This document shows, piece after piece, positions 1-10,041 of a stretch of 64,000 nt of DNA. Positions within the stretch are counted from its first letter, which is position 1; each line of letters begins with the position of its first letter. Below the pieces are notes generated by a model. It was given only the letters and a program-made list of their open reading frames with translations. It was not told the DNA's origin and did not search any database. The DNA is from an uncultured Nitrososphaerota archaeon. GTDB taxonomy: Archaea; Korarchaeota; Korarchaeia; Korarchaeales; Korarchaeaceae. The position numbers were made by a program, and so were the translations under genes. Where the stretch lies: positions 96,001-160,000 of the forward strand of contig CAZQNA010000003.1 of assembly GCA_964594835.1 (NCBI GenBank), read 5' to 3'.

Positions 1-2
1 TC

Positions 3-185
3 ATCGACCTGGGGGTGGCGGTGGGCTCCGCGGCGAAGCTGGCCTCCTCGCTGAACGTGGACAACAGGGTCATGTTCAGCGTCGGGGATGCCGCCATCTC
101 GCTGGGATCTCTTCCGGGGGCCACCTTGGCGCTTGGGATACCCCTCGCGGCCCGGGGAAAGAGTCCGTTCTTCGACAGGAGGTAG
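3..185 (+). CDS. 3' end of DUF2148-like (ferredoxin-domain) protein, truncated by window edge
   Basis: Own translation IDLGVAVGSAAKLASSLNVDNRVMFSVG...GIPLAARGKSPFFDRR*, matching the DLGxAxGSA/DNRxM/GIPL/FFDR pattern. Confidence 0.7.
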   Translation: MDLGVAVGSAAKLASSLNVDNRVMFSVGDAAISLGSLPGATLALGIPLAARGKSPFFDRR

Positions 186-253
186 GGATATTCTGTCATA
201 GTGAAATATTAAGTTATCTGTTCCAGCGGGCGGGATCTCCGCGGAGACCGCTG

Positions 254-658
254 ATGGCAAAGCGGGTGGCAGTCGTCGACTCCGGCCTGTGCGTCGGGTG
301 TGGAAGCTGCATGCTCGCGTGCAACCGGCGGTTCGCAGAGGTTGGCTACGGTAAGACGGCAATACACATCAAGAGCGCGGGCGGGATAGAGAGGGGCTTC
401 GTCGTCATAGTCTGCAGAGCGTGCGAGAATCCCCCCTGCGCAAAGGTCTGCCCGGAGGACGCCCTCCTGCCAAGGGAGGGGGGAGGGGTCAGGCTGCTCC
501 CGAACAGGTGCATAGGGTGCGGCTACTGCGTCGAGGCCTGTCCCTTCGGCGCAGTCCTGTGGGACCACGAGCTGGACAAGCCTGTCATCTGCACCTACTG
601 CGGCTACTGCGTCGATTACTGCCCCTACGGGGTTATCGAGATGAGGGAGGTGGGGTGA
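254..658 (+). CDS. 4Fe-4S dicluster electron-transfer subunit (DmsB/HydN-like)
   Basis: Four Cys clusters (CVGCGSC, CRACENPPCAKVCP, CIGCGYCVEACP, CTYCGYCVDYCP); abuts AOR gene. Confidence 0.92.
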   Translation: MAKRVAVVDSGLCVGCGSCMLACNRRFAEVGYGKTAIHIKSAGGIERGFVVIVCRACENPPCAKVCPEDALLPREGGGVRLLPNRCIGCGYCVEACPFGAVLWDHELDKPVICTYCGYCVDYCPYGVIEMREVG

Positions 659-2425
659 GTGGCATCTAAGCTGCCCGTGAACCTGTCCAAGGTCCTCTAC
701 GTCGACCTCACGAGGAAGAGGTCGTGGGTCGAGGACAGGAGGGACCTAGTTGACGAGTACCTCGGCGGGGTGGGCCTGGCGGTGGCCCTCGCCAGGGAGG
801 AGGGGATGGACAGGGCGGGCCCGCTGGAGCCCGAGAGCACGGTGGTGTTCGCGGTGGGCCCCTTCAACGGCGCCTACCCCATGGGCTCCAAGACAGTAGC
901 GGTGTTCAGGAGCCCGCTCACCGGGAACCTCGGCGAAAGCTACGCCGGCGGCAGGAGCAGCCTGGCCATAAAGTTCGCCGGCTACGCGGCCATCGTGATC
1001 AGGGGGGCCAGCGACTCCCCGGTCTACCTGGCCATTCACGAGGACGAGGTCAAGTTCAGGGACGCCAGCGCCCTTTGGGGCATGACGAGCAGCGAGACCG
1101 TGGGGAGGGTGATCCGCGAGAGGGAGCCCAACCCGGGCTTCAGGACGATCATGAGGATCGGCCTCGCCGGGGAGAGGCTCGTCAGGTACGCCTGCGTCAT
1201 CACGGAGACCTACAGGCACTTCGGGAGGCTCGGGCTGGGGGCGGTGTTCGGGGCCAAGAGGCTGAAGGCGCTCGTGGTCTCGGGCCGGAGGTCCCTGGAG
1301 GTGCCGGACAGGAGGGGCTACAGGGAGGTGTTCGACGAGCTGTACGAACTCTCCACCAAGTCCAACCTCATGAAGAAGTACCACGACCTGGGCACGCCGA
1401 TGAACGTGCTCCCCCTGAACGAGATCGGGGCCCTGCCCACGAGGAACCTGAAGTCGGGCAGGTTCGAGATGGCGGAGGAGATCTCGGGGGAGCGCATGGC
1501 CGAGAACTACCTCATACGCAGGGTGGCCTGCTCCGGCTGTCCCGTCGCCTGCATCCACCTGGCGGGGATAAGGGAGCCATACCCCCACGAGAAGTACTTC
1601 TACAAGACCACGGTAGTCTCCTACGACTACGAGCCCACCTACTCTCTCGGGAGCATGCTGGGCGTCGGAGACGCCGAGTGGCTCCTCAGGCTCATCCACG
1701 AGGTGGAGAGGGTGGGCCTCGACGCCATGAGCACCGGGGTGGCGCTGGCCTGGGCCACCGAGGCGCTGGAGCGCGGGCTGATCCTGGAGGAGGACGCCGT
1801 CGTGAGGCTTGAGTGGGGGGCCGCCGAGACGTACCTCAGGGCAATCTCCCTGCTGGTTGAGCAGCCGAACGAGTTCTACTCGACCCTCGCCCTGGGTGTC
1901 GAGGCGGCGGCGAGGAGGTATGGGGGGCTCGAGTTCGCCATGGCCTTCGGCGGGAACGAGATGCCCGGCTACCACACGGGCCCGTCCGCCCACATCGGCT
2001 TCCTGATAGGCGGGAGGCACAGCCACCTGGACAACGCCGGCTACTCCTACGACCAGAAGAGGACGGAGCTGCCGGACCCCGAGAGGGTCGTCGACGACCT
2101 GATGGAGGAGGAGGCCTGGAGGATGGTCCTCAACAGCCTGGTGGTCTGTCTGTTCGCCAGGGGAATCTACAGGCCGGAGACGGTGTCGAGGGCCCTTGCC
2201 CCGCTGGGGATAAGGCTCTCGCCCGAGGAGCTCAGGGGGCTCGGGTGGAGGATCTACGCCGAGAGGATGAGGCTGAAGGTGGACATGGGCTTTGACCCGG
2301 CCGGCCTTAGGGTCCCCGAGAGGATATACGAGACCGAAAGCCCGCACGGCGCCATAACCCCGGAGTTCATGTCCAGGGCTCTGAGAAGGTTCAGAGAGAG
2401 GCTCGAGGAGCTCGCGCAGCGGTGA
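659..2425 (+). CDS. Aldehyde:ferredoxin oxidoreductase family (W/Mo-pterin)
   Basis: LYVDLT, YLGGVGLA, RSPLTG..GES.AGG, GRLGLGAVFGAKRLKA, CSGCPVAC, GLDAMSTG, VCLF. Confidence 0.92.
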   Translation: MASKLPVNLSKVLYVDLTRKRSWVEDRRDLVDEYLGGVGLAVALAREEGMDRAGPLEPESTVVFAVGPFNGAYPMGSKTVAVFRSPLTGNLGESYAGGRSSLAIKFAGYAAIVIRGASDSPVYLAIHEDEVKFRDASALWGMTSSETVGRVIREREPNPGFRTIMRIGLAGERLVRYACVITETYRHFGRLGLGAVFGAKRLKALVVSGRRSLEVPDRRGYREVFDELYELSTKSNLMKKYHDLGTPMNVLPLNEIGALPTRNLKSGRFEMAEEISGERMAENYLIRRVACSGCPVACIHLAGIREPYPHEKYFYKTTVVSYDYEPTYSLGSMLGVGDAEWLLRLIHEVERVGLDAMSTGVALAWATEALERGLILEEDAVVRLEWGAAETYLRAISLLVEQPNEFYSTLALGVEAAARRYGGLEFAMAFGGNEMPGYHTGPSAHIGFLIGGRHSHLDNAGYSYDQKRTELPDPERVVDDLMEEEAWRMVLNSLVVCLFARGIYRPETVSRALAPLGIRLSPEELRGLGWRIYAERMRLKVDMGFDPAGLRVPERIYETESPHGAITPEFMSRALRRFRERLEELAQR

Positions 2426-2549
2426 GGGGATCGCCGTATCGCAATAGTTGAAGAGTCATAAATCTATAGGTGTTTCTCAATGTTTATACATTAGGCCAGC
2501 CCTGGCGGTTCGCTCCCGCGCAGGAGGCGGGAGGAGGTGGTGCGAGGGC

Positions 2550-3743
2550 ATGGGAGAGACAAGAGTGTTGATCTTGGGAGGAGGGGCAGTCGGGACCATG
2601 GTGGCCAACAAGCTGGCCAGGGATCTCAGGGCGGAGATCGCCAGGGGCGAGGTGAGCGTGACCGCCCTGGACAAGAGCCCGACGGCGGTGAACCAGGCGG
2701 GCTTCACCTTCGTCCCCTTCGGCTACTACACCGAGGAGGACCTGGTCAGGCCCAGGGCCCTGATCCTGAGCCCGAGGGTGAGGGCGTACCTGGGAGAGCA
2801 CGGGGAGATCGCGAGGGTGGACCTGGCCAACCGGGAGGTGGAGGTTAAGACCGGGAGGAAGTTCTCGTACGACTACCTCCTGATTGCCACGGGGTGCACC
2901 GTCGACCCCGGGGCTGTCCCAGGGCTGGAGAGAGACTTCAACTCGTTCTACACCTCTATTGAGGACGCCAAGAAGCTCGGAGAGAAGATCAGGGAGATGA
3001 AGGGCGGGAAGATCGTGGTCATGACCCCGAAGATGCCCATCGCCTGTCCCGGAGCCCCCGGCAAGTTCACCGTACTCCTAGACGACTACCTGAGGGGCGT
3101 GAAGGAGAGCAGGGACGACTTCGACATCACCTTCCTCTGGCCCGTCCCCAGCGTCGGCCCGCCGGCCTACAACGAGAACATCACCGCGAACTTCAAGGAG
3201 AGGGGGATAGAGGACGTCAGGGAGTTCAAGCTCGAGAGGGTGGACGAGGGCAAGAAGGAGGTCGTGGCCGAGGGCGGGGAGAGGTACAAGTACGATCTCC
3301 TGGTCACGGTCCCGCCCCACAAGGGTGTGAAGGCCCTGAAGGACTCCGGCATAACCGACGAAGACGGCTGGGTCCCCTCGGACAAGTACACGCTCCAGTA
3401 CAGGGGGCCGGCCGGGAGCTACGACGAGGTCTTCGTGGCCGGCGACGCGGGCCCGAAGGAGATCCCCAAGATGGGCGTGACGTCCCACTTCCAGGCCTTC
3501 GTCGTCGGGGAGAACATACTGCGGGCGATAAGGGGGATCGGCGACATGGTGATCTACAGGGGGCACATGGGCTGCCCGTACGTCGGGGGCGCCCCGACTC
3601 CCGCCAGCAGGGGACTGGCCACGCTGGCAGTGTGGAAGTACGGAGTGCCGCTGGGACCGTTCAAGCCGGCCAGGCTCGGCTGGAGGGTGTACAGGATGTA
3701 CTACTACATCTTCTGGGACTCGACCCTGAAGGCCCTGATGTGA
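2550..3743 (+). CDS. Sulfide:quinone oxidoreductase-like FAD-dependent oxidoreductase
   Basis: ILGGGAVG FAD motif, YDYLLIATG, CPGAP, PPH, VAGD, C-terminal Cys; ATG 2550 after GGAGGTGG; paired with DUF1641. Confidence 0.8.
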   Translation: MGETRVLILGGGAVGTMVANKLARDLRAEIARGEVSVTALDKSPTAVNQAGFTFVPFGYYTEEDLVRPRALILSPRVRAYLGEHGEIARVDLANREVEVKTGRKFSYDYLLIATGCTVDPGAVPGLERDFNSFYTSIEDAKKLGEKIREMKGGKIVVMTPKMPIACPGAPGKFTVLLDDYLRGVKESRDDFDITFLWPVPSVGPPAYNENITANFKERGIEDVREFKLERVDEGKKEVVAEGGERYKYDLLVTVPPHKGVKALKDSGITDEDGWVPSDKYTLQYRGPAGSYDEVFVAGDAGPKEIPKMGVTSHFQAFVVGENILRAIRGIGDMVIYRGHMGCPYVGGAPTPASRGLATLAVWKYGVPLGPFKPARLGWRVYRMYYYIFWDSTLKALM

Positions 3744-3752
3744 TTTTGGGAG

Positions 3753-4136
3753 GTGGTTGTGGTGGGAGAGCACGTGGAGGAGGTACTGGCCCTGAGCAAG
3801 GAGGATTTGGAGGCCCTCTCTGACCTGCTGGGAGTCTACAGAATGATGATGGACATGATGACCGATCAGCTGATCAGCGAGTTCAGCAAGATCGCCTCTA
3901 CCCTGTTCAAGCTGCTGAACGGCCTGGTGAGCACCGACCTGGTGGACGTGCTTGAGAGGGCCCTTCAGGATCCCGGGCTGGACAGGGCCCTCATGAACCC
4001 GCCGAAGGTCGGCCTGGGCGGGCTGATGGGCGCGATGCGGGACGAGGACTTCCAGAGAGGGCTCGGGGTCATGGTGGAGCTCCTCAAGGCCCTGGGCCGG
4101 GCGGCTAGGGAGGTCTCCTCCATAAAGAGCGGGTAG
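3753..4136 (+). CDS. DUF1641 domain protein
   Basis: PPKVGLGGLMGAMRDEDFQRGLG motif; typical SQR neighbour. Confidence 0.8.
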   Translation: MVVVGEHVEEVLALSKEDLEALSDLLGVYRMMMDMMTDQLISEFSKIASTLFKLLNGLVSTDLVDVLERALQDPGLDRALMNPPKVGLGGLMGAMRDEDFQRGLGVMVELLKALGRAAREVSSIKSG

Positions 4137-4299
4137 GCGCCGTCAGCCGGCGCCCCCTGGCCTCCACTTTTTCTGATCGAAGCGCGCGGGTGGGCGGAAG
4201 GCGCCGCCGTCTCACGGGATCGACGACCCCACCGGGCGCGGTCCCTCACCCTGTCACCCGCGAGGACTGCAAGAAAGTGTGGTGAGGGCGGATGGGCCC

Positions 4300-6303
4300 T
4301 CACAGGAACAGAGGGGCGAAGGTCAGAGCCACTATGGTGATCAGCTTCACGAAGATGTGGAGCGAAGGTCCAGCGGTGTCCTTGAGTGGGTCTCCAACAG
4401 TGTCCCCGACCACTGCGGCCTTGTGGGGATCCGACCCCTTCCCGCCGTGGAGTCCAGACTCTATGAGCTTCTTGGCGTTGTCCAGGGCACCGCCCGCGTT
4501 GATCATGTAGACGGCGAGCAGGCCGCCCACCACGGTGCCGCCCACTATGAAGGCCCCCAGGGGCTTGACCCCGAAGGCCGCCCCCACGACTATCGGGGCG
4601 GCGAGGGTGATGAGTGTCGGCGGGATCATCTCCTTCAGGGCGTGCCTCGTCGAGATGTCGACCGCCCTGGCGTAGTCAGGCTTGGCCTTCCCCTCGAGGA
4701 GGCCAGGTATCTCCCTGAACTGCCTCCTGACCTCAGCCACCATCTCGCTCGCCGTCCTGCCGACGGCCCTGATCGCCATGGCGGAGAACAGGAACGCCAG
4801 GGTCCCGCCGAGGATCAGCCCCACCAGGATGTAGGGCTCCCCTATGTCTATGGCCACGCCCCCTCCGACGGAAATCGACTGGAGGTAGGCGGCGAAGAGG
4901 ACGAAGGCGGAGAGTACGGCGCAGGCCATGGCGTATCCCTTGGTGATGGCCTTGGTGGTGTTGCCCACGGCGTCCAGCACGTCGAGGCTGGACCTGATCT
5001 CATCGCTGAGCCCGCTCATCTCCGCTATCCCGGCGGCGTTGTCGCTTATGGGGCCGAACGTGTCGGAGGCCATGATTATGCCGGTGGTGGAGAGGATGCC
5101 CACCGTGGCGGCGGCGATGCCGTAGAGCCCGGCCAGGAAGTAGGCCGCCGCAACGACGACGGAGATCACTATCAGGGGCAGGAAGGCGCTCTCGAGGCCA
5201 ACCGCAAGGCCTGTGATGACGTTGAGCGCCGGCCCGAACCTGCTGGCGTCGGCTATGTCCCTCACGGGCCTGTACCCAGTCCCGGTGTAGTACTGAACTA
5301 TGAGCCCGACGAAGAGGCTGGCCGCGAGCCCGAGGAGGGCGGACTCGAAGAGCCTCGGATCCCCGAGCATCCTGTCCGCCAGAAAGTAGAAGGCGACGGC
5401 GTTCAGCACTCCCGCGGAGAGGAGGGCCAGGTTGATGGTCTTGACCGGGTTGTCCGTCTCCTCCCTGATCAGGAGGATGGCCACGATCGTGGAGAGGACG
5501 CCGAGGGACTCGGCCAGGAGCGGGAACAGGACGCCGGCCTCCCCGTACCTGGCCATGAACGCCAGGCCGAGGATCATCATGCCGATTATGTTGTCGGAGA
5601 AGGACTCGAACAGGTCCGCGCCACGCCCGGCGCAGTCCCCGACGTTGTCACCCACCTGGTCCGCGATGACCGCCGGGTTCCTGGGATCGTCCTCGGGTAT
5701 GCCCACCTCCACCTTCCCCACGAGGTCCGCGCCTATGTCGGCGGCCTTGGTGTAGATCCCCCCTCCGAGCTGGGCGAACAGGGCGGCCAGGCTCGCGCCG
5801 AGCCCGAAGGGGACTATCGCCTCCAGGGCCGCCTCCTCCGCCCCGCCGAGGAGGGCCTTGAAGGCCGCGTAGAGCCCCCCTATCCCCAGCACGCTCAGGC
5901 CGACTATGGCGACGCCCATGACGGCCCCGCCCCAGAAGGCTATCTTGAGCGCCTTGCCGGGAGACTTCACGGCCGCGGCGGCGGTCCTGACGTTGGCCCT
6001 CGTGGCGGCGGTCATGCCTATGTAGGCCGCGAGCAGGGAGAGGCCCGACCCTATGAGGAAGGACAGCGCGGCCAGGCTCCCCCTGGCGACTCCGATGACG
6101 ACCGCGAGCGCGAGGATGAAGTAGGCTATCGTGGTGTACTGCCTCCTCATGTAGGCGCTGGCCCCCTCCTGGATGTAGGCGGCGATCTCCCTCATCCGCT
6201 CGGTGCCCGCGTCCTCCCTGTTGACGCTGTAGTACAGGAACTGGACGAAGGCTAGAGCTACAACTCCAATTACCACCGGGAGCAACTCTATCATTTCGGG
6301 CAC
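4300..6303 (-). CDS. hppA: Membrane H+-translocating pyrophosphatase, predicted K+-independent
   Basis: [42 protein letters not shown] (Lys at the K+-dependence position), [14 protein letters not shown]. Confidence 0.96.
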   Translation of the reverse strand: MPEMIELLPVVIGVVALAFVQFLYYSVNREDAGTERMREIAAYIQEGASAYMRRQYTTIAYFILALAVVIGVARGSLAALSFLIGSGLSLLAAYIGMTAATRANVRTAAAAVKSPGKALKIAFWGGAVMGVAIVGLSVLGIGGLYAAFKALLGGAEEAALEAIVPFGLGASLAALFAQLGGGIYTKAADIGADLVGKVEVGIPEDDPRNPAVIADQVGDNVGDCAGRGADLFESFSDNIIGMMILGLAFMARYGEAGVLFPLLAESLGVLSTIVAILLIREETDNPVKTINLALLSAGVLNAVAFYFLADRMLGDPRLFESALLGLAASLFVGLIVQYYTGTGYRPVRDIADASRFGPALNVITGLAVGLESAFLPLIVISVVVAAAYFLAGLYGIAAATVGILSTTGIIMASDTFGPISDNAAGIAEMSGLSDEIRSSLDVLDAVGNTTKAITKGYAMACAVLSAFVLFAAYLQSISVGGGVAIDIGEPYILVGLILGGTLAFLFSAMAIRAVGRTASEMVAEVRRQFREIPGLLEGKAKPDYARAVDISTRHALKEMIPPTLITLAAPIVVGAAFGVKPLGAFIVGGTVVGGLLAVYMINAGGALDNAKKLIESGLHGGKGSDPHKAAVVGDTVGDPLKDTAGPSLHIFVKLITIVALTFAPLFL

Positions 6304-6435
6304 CGCTCCGCCCTCTCAGAGCCCAATTTAACGTTATATGAGTCAGCGCGACGCGGACGGTTGCGCGGCCGAACCTAACCGGCAGACTTGCCTTCCGAGA
6401 GAGGTCCGGAGCTGCACGACGTGATCGGCGTTCCA

Positions 6436-7101
6436 CTAGGCCGGTGCGGCCCCGCTGACCTCCTGACCGAGCCCCCTCCCCAGGATGAGCTGGATAAGCC
6501 TCCTGAGCGGAGCCTCCACATTCTCCCCTCTGAGGGCGGATGTGCCGAAAACCTCCAGCTCCTCCAGACCCGTGAGATCCCTCACCTCATGAGGAGAGAG
6601 CGCCCCCTCCAGGTCCTGCTTGTTGGCCACTAACACCACCGGGATCTCAGGCAGGACGACGCGGATCTCGTGGTAGACGACCCCCGCCTCCCCCACCTGG
6701 TCAGGCCTGGAGGAGTCCACCATGAGTACGACGCCGTGAGCGCCCCTGACAAGGGCCTCTCTGACCAACCTGAACCTCTCCTGACCCGGTGTACTGACGA
6801 GTTGAATCTCTATGACCATCGGAGATGGCCTATCTCGGCCAAACAGTCGACCAAAGAACCCTACTCCTCTTCTCTTGGCCTCATCGCGCCTCATGATCTC
6901 TCCACTCTGCGGATCCACGGCCACGAACCCGACGTCCATTCCGATGGTCCTACCGGACTTGTCGACCATCAGGACGGCCCTGTCATCCAGGGACCGGAGG
7001 TACGTGGTCTTGCCCACCCCCGACGGCCCCATTATGACTATCTTCATCCTCCCGCGCCCGGGAACCGAGGATTCTCCTCCCGAGGAGTTCCCATCCTCCA
7101 T
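6436..7101 (-). CDS. MglA/Rup-type small GTPase
   Basis: G1 GPSGVGKT, G2 TIGMD, G3 STPGQERF, G4 NKQD, G5 TSAL. Confidence 0.9.
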   Translation of the reverse strand: MEDGNSSGGESSVPGRGRMKIVIMGPSGVGKTTYLRSLDDRAVLMVDKSGRTIGMDVGFVAVDPQSGEIMRRDEAKRRGVGFFGRLFGRDRPSPMVIEIQLVSTPGQERFRLVREALVRGAHGVVLMVDSSRPDQVGEAGVVYHEIRVVLPEIPVVLVANKQDLEGALSPHEVRDLTGLEELEVFGTSALRGENVEAPLRRLIQLILGRGLGQEVSGAAPA

Positions 7102-7134
7102 CCTACACCCCCTGGCCCCACCTCTGACCCGAGA

Positions 7135-7689
7135 TCAGACTCCGCTGAACACAACCTCGCAGTAGGGGTCCCCCATCGCCACGCACTTCACCTCATCAGC
7201 GTCTAGGTCGCCGGTGAAGCCTACCTCGGAGAGCACGACCTTCAGAACACCCGCAAGCAGCCACTTCATGGGGTAGCAGATGGGGCTCTCGGAGGAGGTT
7301 ATGCCCGTGGCCTCCACGTAGGGTCTGGAGATCCTCACGACGATCCTCGGGGGGTCCTCACTCATCTCCACGAGTTGAAACTCCCCCCAACCCATCTCAG
7401 GCATTATCTGCTCCACTATCACCTTGACCATCTTCCAAGGATCCTCGATTCCCCTCTCAACGAGCAATTCGTGGACGTTCGCCCCGCAGGCTATCCCCGC
7501 CCGGTAGGCAGCCTCCCTGAAGGCGGCGTCGGCGCCGTGATGGCCGAACAGCCTCTCGATCACGGCGCCCAGCATCCCCAGGAGGAGGGCCGGAGCTATC
7601 ACGACCCTGCTCCCTCCAAGGAGCAGGCCAGCCTCCTCCCGCCTGATCATGAAGATCAGATCATCTCCCCTCGATCCGTCCGCTGACAA
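7135..7689 (-). CDS. V4R domain protein
   Basis: GWGEF, PICY...AG, EVKCVAMGDPYCEVVF. Confidence 0.88.
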   Translation of the reverse strand: MSADGSRGDDLIFMIRREEAGLLLGGSRVVIAPALLLGMLGAVIERLFGHHGADAAFREAAYRAGIACGANVHELLVERGIEDPWKMVKVIVEQIMPEMGWGEFQLVEMSEDPPRIVVRISRPYVEATGITSSESPICYPMKWLLAGVLKVVLSEVGFTGDLDADEVKCVAMGDPYCEVVFSGV

Positions 7690-7713
7690 GGCCTACACCC
7701 ACCTCCAAAGGGC

Positions 7714-8100
7714 TCACTTGGCACTGAGGGCCTCGCCAATCTCGCCGGAAAGCCTGTCAAGCTCTATCAGCACGAGTCCCAGGTTGGCGTCCCTGCCGAT
7801 CAGCACTCCAATTATGTAGTCGCCCGCCCGCCTCACCACGAGGCTTCCCTCGTCAGCCTCAACGGTCGATGTCCGCAGGCCGCCAAGGCCAAGCTGGGAG
7901 ACTATTCTATTCTGAGCCGACACGATGGCCGCCAGTTGAGCGGAGAGCATCCTGGCGTCGACCTCTGAGCCCACAGCCACGGCTATGGGGAGCCCCCTTG
8001 GAGTGGCCACGGCGGCGCCTGTGACGTCAGGGGAATTGACCCTCACGAACTCTCGCAGGATGGACTCCACCCTCCTGCCCCTGCTTGACAGAAACTCCAC
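7714..8100 (-). CDS. Roadblock/LC7 (MglB-like) protein
   Basis: GAAVATPRGLPIA...LGLGGL...ANLGLVL pattern; start uncertain (GTG 8100). Confidence 0.88.
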   Translation of the reverse strand: MEFLSSRGRRVESILREFVRVNSPDVTGAAVATPRGLPIAVAVGSEVDARMLSAQLAAIVSAQNRIVSQLGLGGLRTSTVEADEGSLVVRRAGDYIIGVLIGRDANLGLVLIELDRLSGEIGEALSAK

Positions 8101-8241
8101 CCCTGAGGGTCTCTTAAAGGGAATACTTAGTAAAAAAGTTACTTGCGTCGATCCATGTTGCGTCAAGCATCCGGACCGCTGCCCGACTCACCGCCTGCCC
8201 TCGCGCCTCCAAGGCCCTGGGCCTCGGGGGCGGGGCCCCGC

Positions 8242-8925
8242 TCAGGGAGCCTCGCCGGGTAGGCTGAGCCTCACCACCAGCACCGATAAGACGTCCGTGG
8301 CGTCCTCGCAGAGGTCGGCGGCGTACTCCACCTCGTTGATCACGTCGTTCAGCAGTATGGCGGACCTCACCGACCCCGACTCGGGCAGCCTGGCCTTGGC
8401 CTCGTAGTAGAGGAGGTCTATCTCGTGCTCTATCGACTCCACCCTGTCTATCTGGCTCTTCGCATCCTCGAGGGAGGTCGTTGCCGACCTTATGGCCGAG
8501 GCCACCGCCTCAGTCTCCCTCGCGAGCCTCGACGTCATCTCCCTGAGGACCTCCTCCAGCCCGGAGGGGACCTCCTCCCCACCCTCCACAGCCACCCTGA
8601 TGGCCAGGGCGGTGTTCTTGATCTGATCGATTATCAGGTCGGTCCTCCTGGCCAGCCTGGCCAGCATCTCCGCATCTCTCGCTGGCACCTCGGACCGAGA
8701 GAGCCTGGCGAGGATCTGCCTCCTGAGCGAGTCCCCCTCCTCCTCTATCGAGGCTATCCTGGATATGCCGTCCTCCACGGCCGAGGACCCCGACGACCCC
8801 AGCCTCTCCACAACTCTGGACAGCTCCATGGCGGCGTCCCTGGCCTTGAGGGCCAGGTCGGCGATCGACTCCAGGATCGACGAGGAGGCGCTCCTCCTGA
8901 AGTACTCCAGGTACCTGTCGGCCAT
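8242..8925 (-). CDS. DUF47 (PhoU-like) phosphate transport regulator
   Basis: IEEEGDSLRR, D.IID, IEHEID, EYAADLCED. Confidence 0.85.
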   Translation of the reverse strand: MADRYLEYFRRSASSSILESIADLALKARDAAMELSRVVERLGSSGSSAVEDGISRIASIEEEGDSLRRQILARLSRSEVPARDAEMLARLARRTDLIIDQIKNTALAIRVAVEGGEEVPSGLEEVLREMTSRLARETEAVASAIRSATTSLEDAKSQIDRVESIEHEIDLLYYEAKARLPESGSVRSAILLNDVINEVEYAADLCEDATDVLSVLVVRLSLPGEAP

Positions 8926-8979
8926 CCCCACCACCCATCCAGACCCATGGATTAAAGCCTGCGCAGGGGGCGCAGGGCC

Positions 8980-10041
8980 TCACTCCAGGGCGATGGCCCT
9001 AGTCAGGCCCTCCCTTGGGTACGGGAACACCCTGTACCTCCCCACGGAGAGCCTGACGCGGTCGCCCTCCGACAGGCCCGGGTCGCCTGGCAAAACCGCC
9101 CTGACGACGTCTCCCCCCGAGAGGACGACCTCGAGCCTGTACATCCCGCCCAGGTAGCTCCTCAGCTTCACCCTTCCCTCCAGGGGGCCCCCGTCCAGCT
9201 GGACCTCCTCAGGCCTGAAGCCGACCACCACCAGGTCCCCCTCCCTCAGCGTGGACCCCGGCGGGAGGTCCACCTCCCCGCCCGCGTGGAGCTCCACTCT
9301 CCCCAGCCTGACGTAGCCCACGAGGAAGTTCGCCTCCCCAACGAAGTTCATGACGAAGGGGGTCCTCGGATTCTCGTAGAGCTCCCTGGGGGTCCCCACC
9401 TGCTCGATCCTCCCGGCCCTCATGACGGCCACCCTGTCGGCCACTACCATGGCCTCCTCCTGATCGTGGGTGACGTGGAGCGCCGTGAGACCCCTGGACT
9501 TCACCAGGTCCCTGAGCCTGGCCCTCAGCTCCACAGCCGCCTTGGCGTCCAGGGCCGAGAGGGGCTCGTCCAGCAGGAGCACCCTAGCGTCCGAGGCGAG
9601 GGCCCTGGCGAGCGCCACCTCCTGCATCTCCCCCATGCTCATCTCGTCCGGCCTGTCCCCCGGCCTGGCCCTCGCCCTGACCGACCTCAGCGCCTCCAGC
9701 CCCTCCCTCCTGGCCTCAGACGGCGGCAGCCCCCTAACCCGCGGGGAGTAGGACGCATTCCCCAGGGCCGTCATGTGGGGGAAGAGGGCGATGTTTTGGA
9801 AGACCAGGGCCACTCCCCTCTCCTCCGGTGGGAGGTGGAGGACAGACTCCCCGTCGAAGAGCACGTCCCCCTCGTCTGGGAGCTCTATCCCCGAGACCAG
9901 GCGGAACATCGTGGACTTCCCGCACCCGCTCGGACCTATGATCCCCACGTACTCGCCGTCTCCCACCCCCAGGTCGACGCCGTCCACGGCTGTGACCCTG
10001 CCGTACCGCTTGACCAGGCCGACGAGCCTGACCTCAGGCAC
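8980..10041 (-). CDS. ABC transporter ATPase (MalK/PotA/CysA-type) with degenerate signature
   Basis: GPSGCGKS, VFQNIALFPHM, MSMGEMQ in place of LSGG, LLLDEPLSALD, HVTHD, C-terminal TOBE-like region. Confidence 0.92.
   Translation of the reverse strand: MPEVRLVGLVKRYGRVTAVDGVDLGVGDGEYVGIIGPSGCGKSTMFRLVSGIELPDEGDVLFDGESVLHLPPEERGVALVFQNIALFPHMTALGNASYSPRVRGLPPSEARREGLEALRSVRARARPGDRPDEMSMGEMQEVALARALASDARVLLLDEPLSALDAKAAVELRARLRDLVKSRGLTALHVTHDQEEAMVVADRVAVMRAGRIEQVGTPRELYENPRTPFVMNFVGEANFLVGYVRLGRVELHAGGEVDLPPGSTLREGDLVVVGFRPEEVQLDGGPLEGRVKLRSYLGGMYRLEVVLSGGDVVRAVLPGDPGLSEGDRVRLSVGRYRVFPYPREGLTRAIALE

Noticed and set aside
4137-4299. Structured ncRNA between convergent genes
   Set aside because: Hairpins are expected at this GC content; no promoter or family motif, only a T-rich terminator-like tract
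746-6255. Long antisense or alternate-frame ORFs (e.g. 746-2347, 4279-6255; also 9773-11164, 29827-31023, 54135-55466)
   Set aside because: Shadow ORFs of high-GC3 genes, with no motifs and full overlap with well-supported genes
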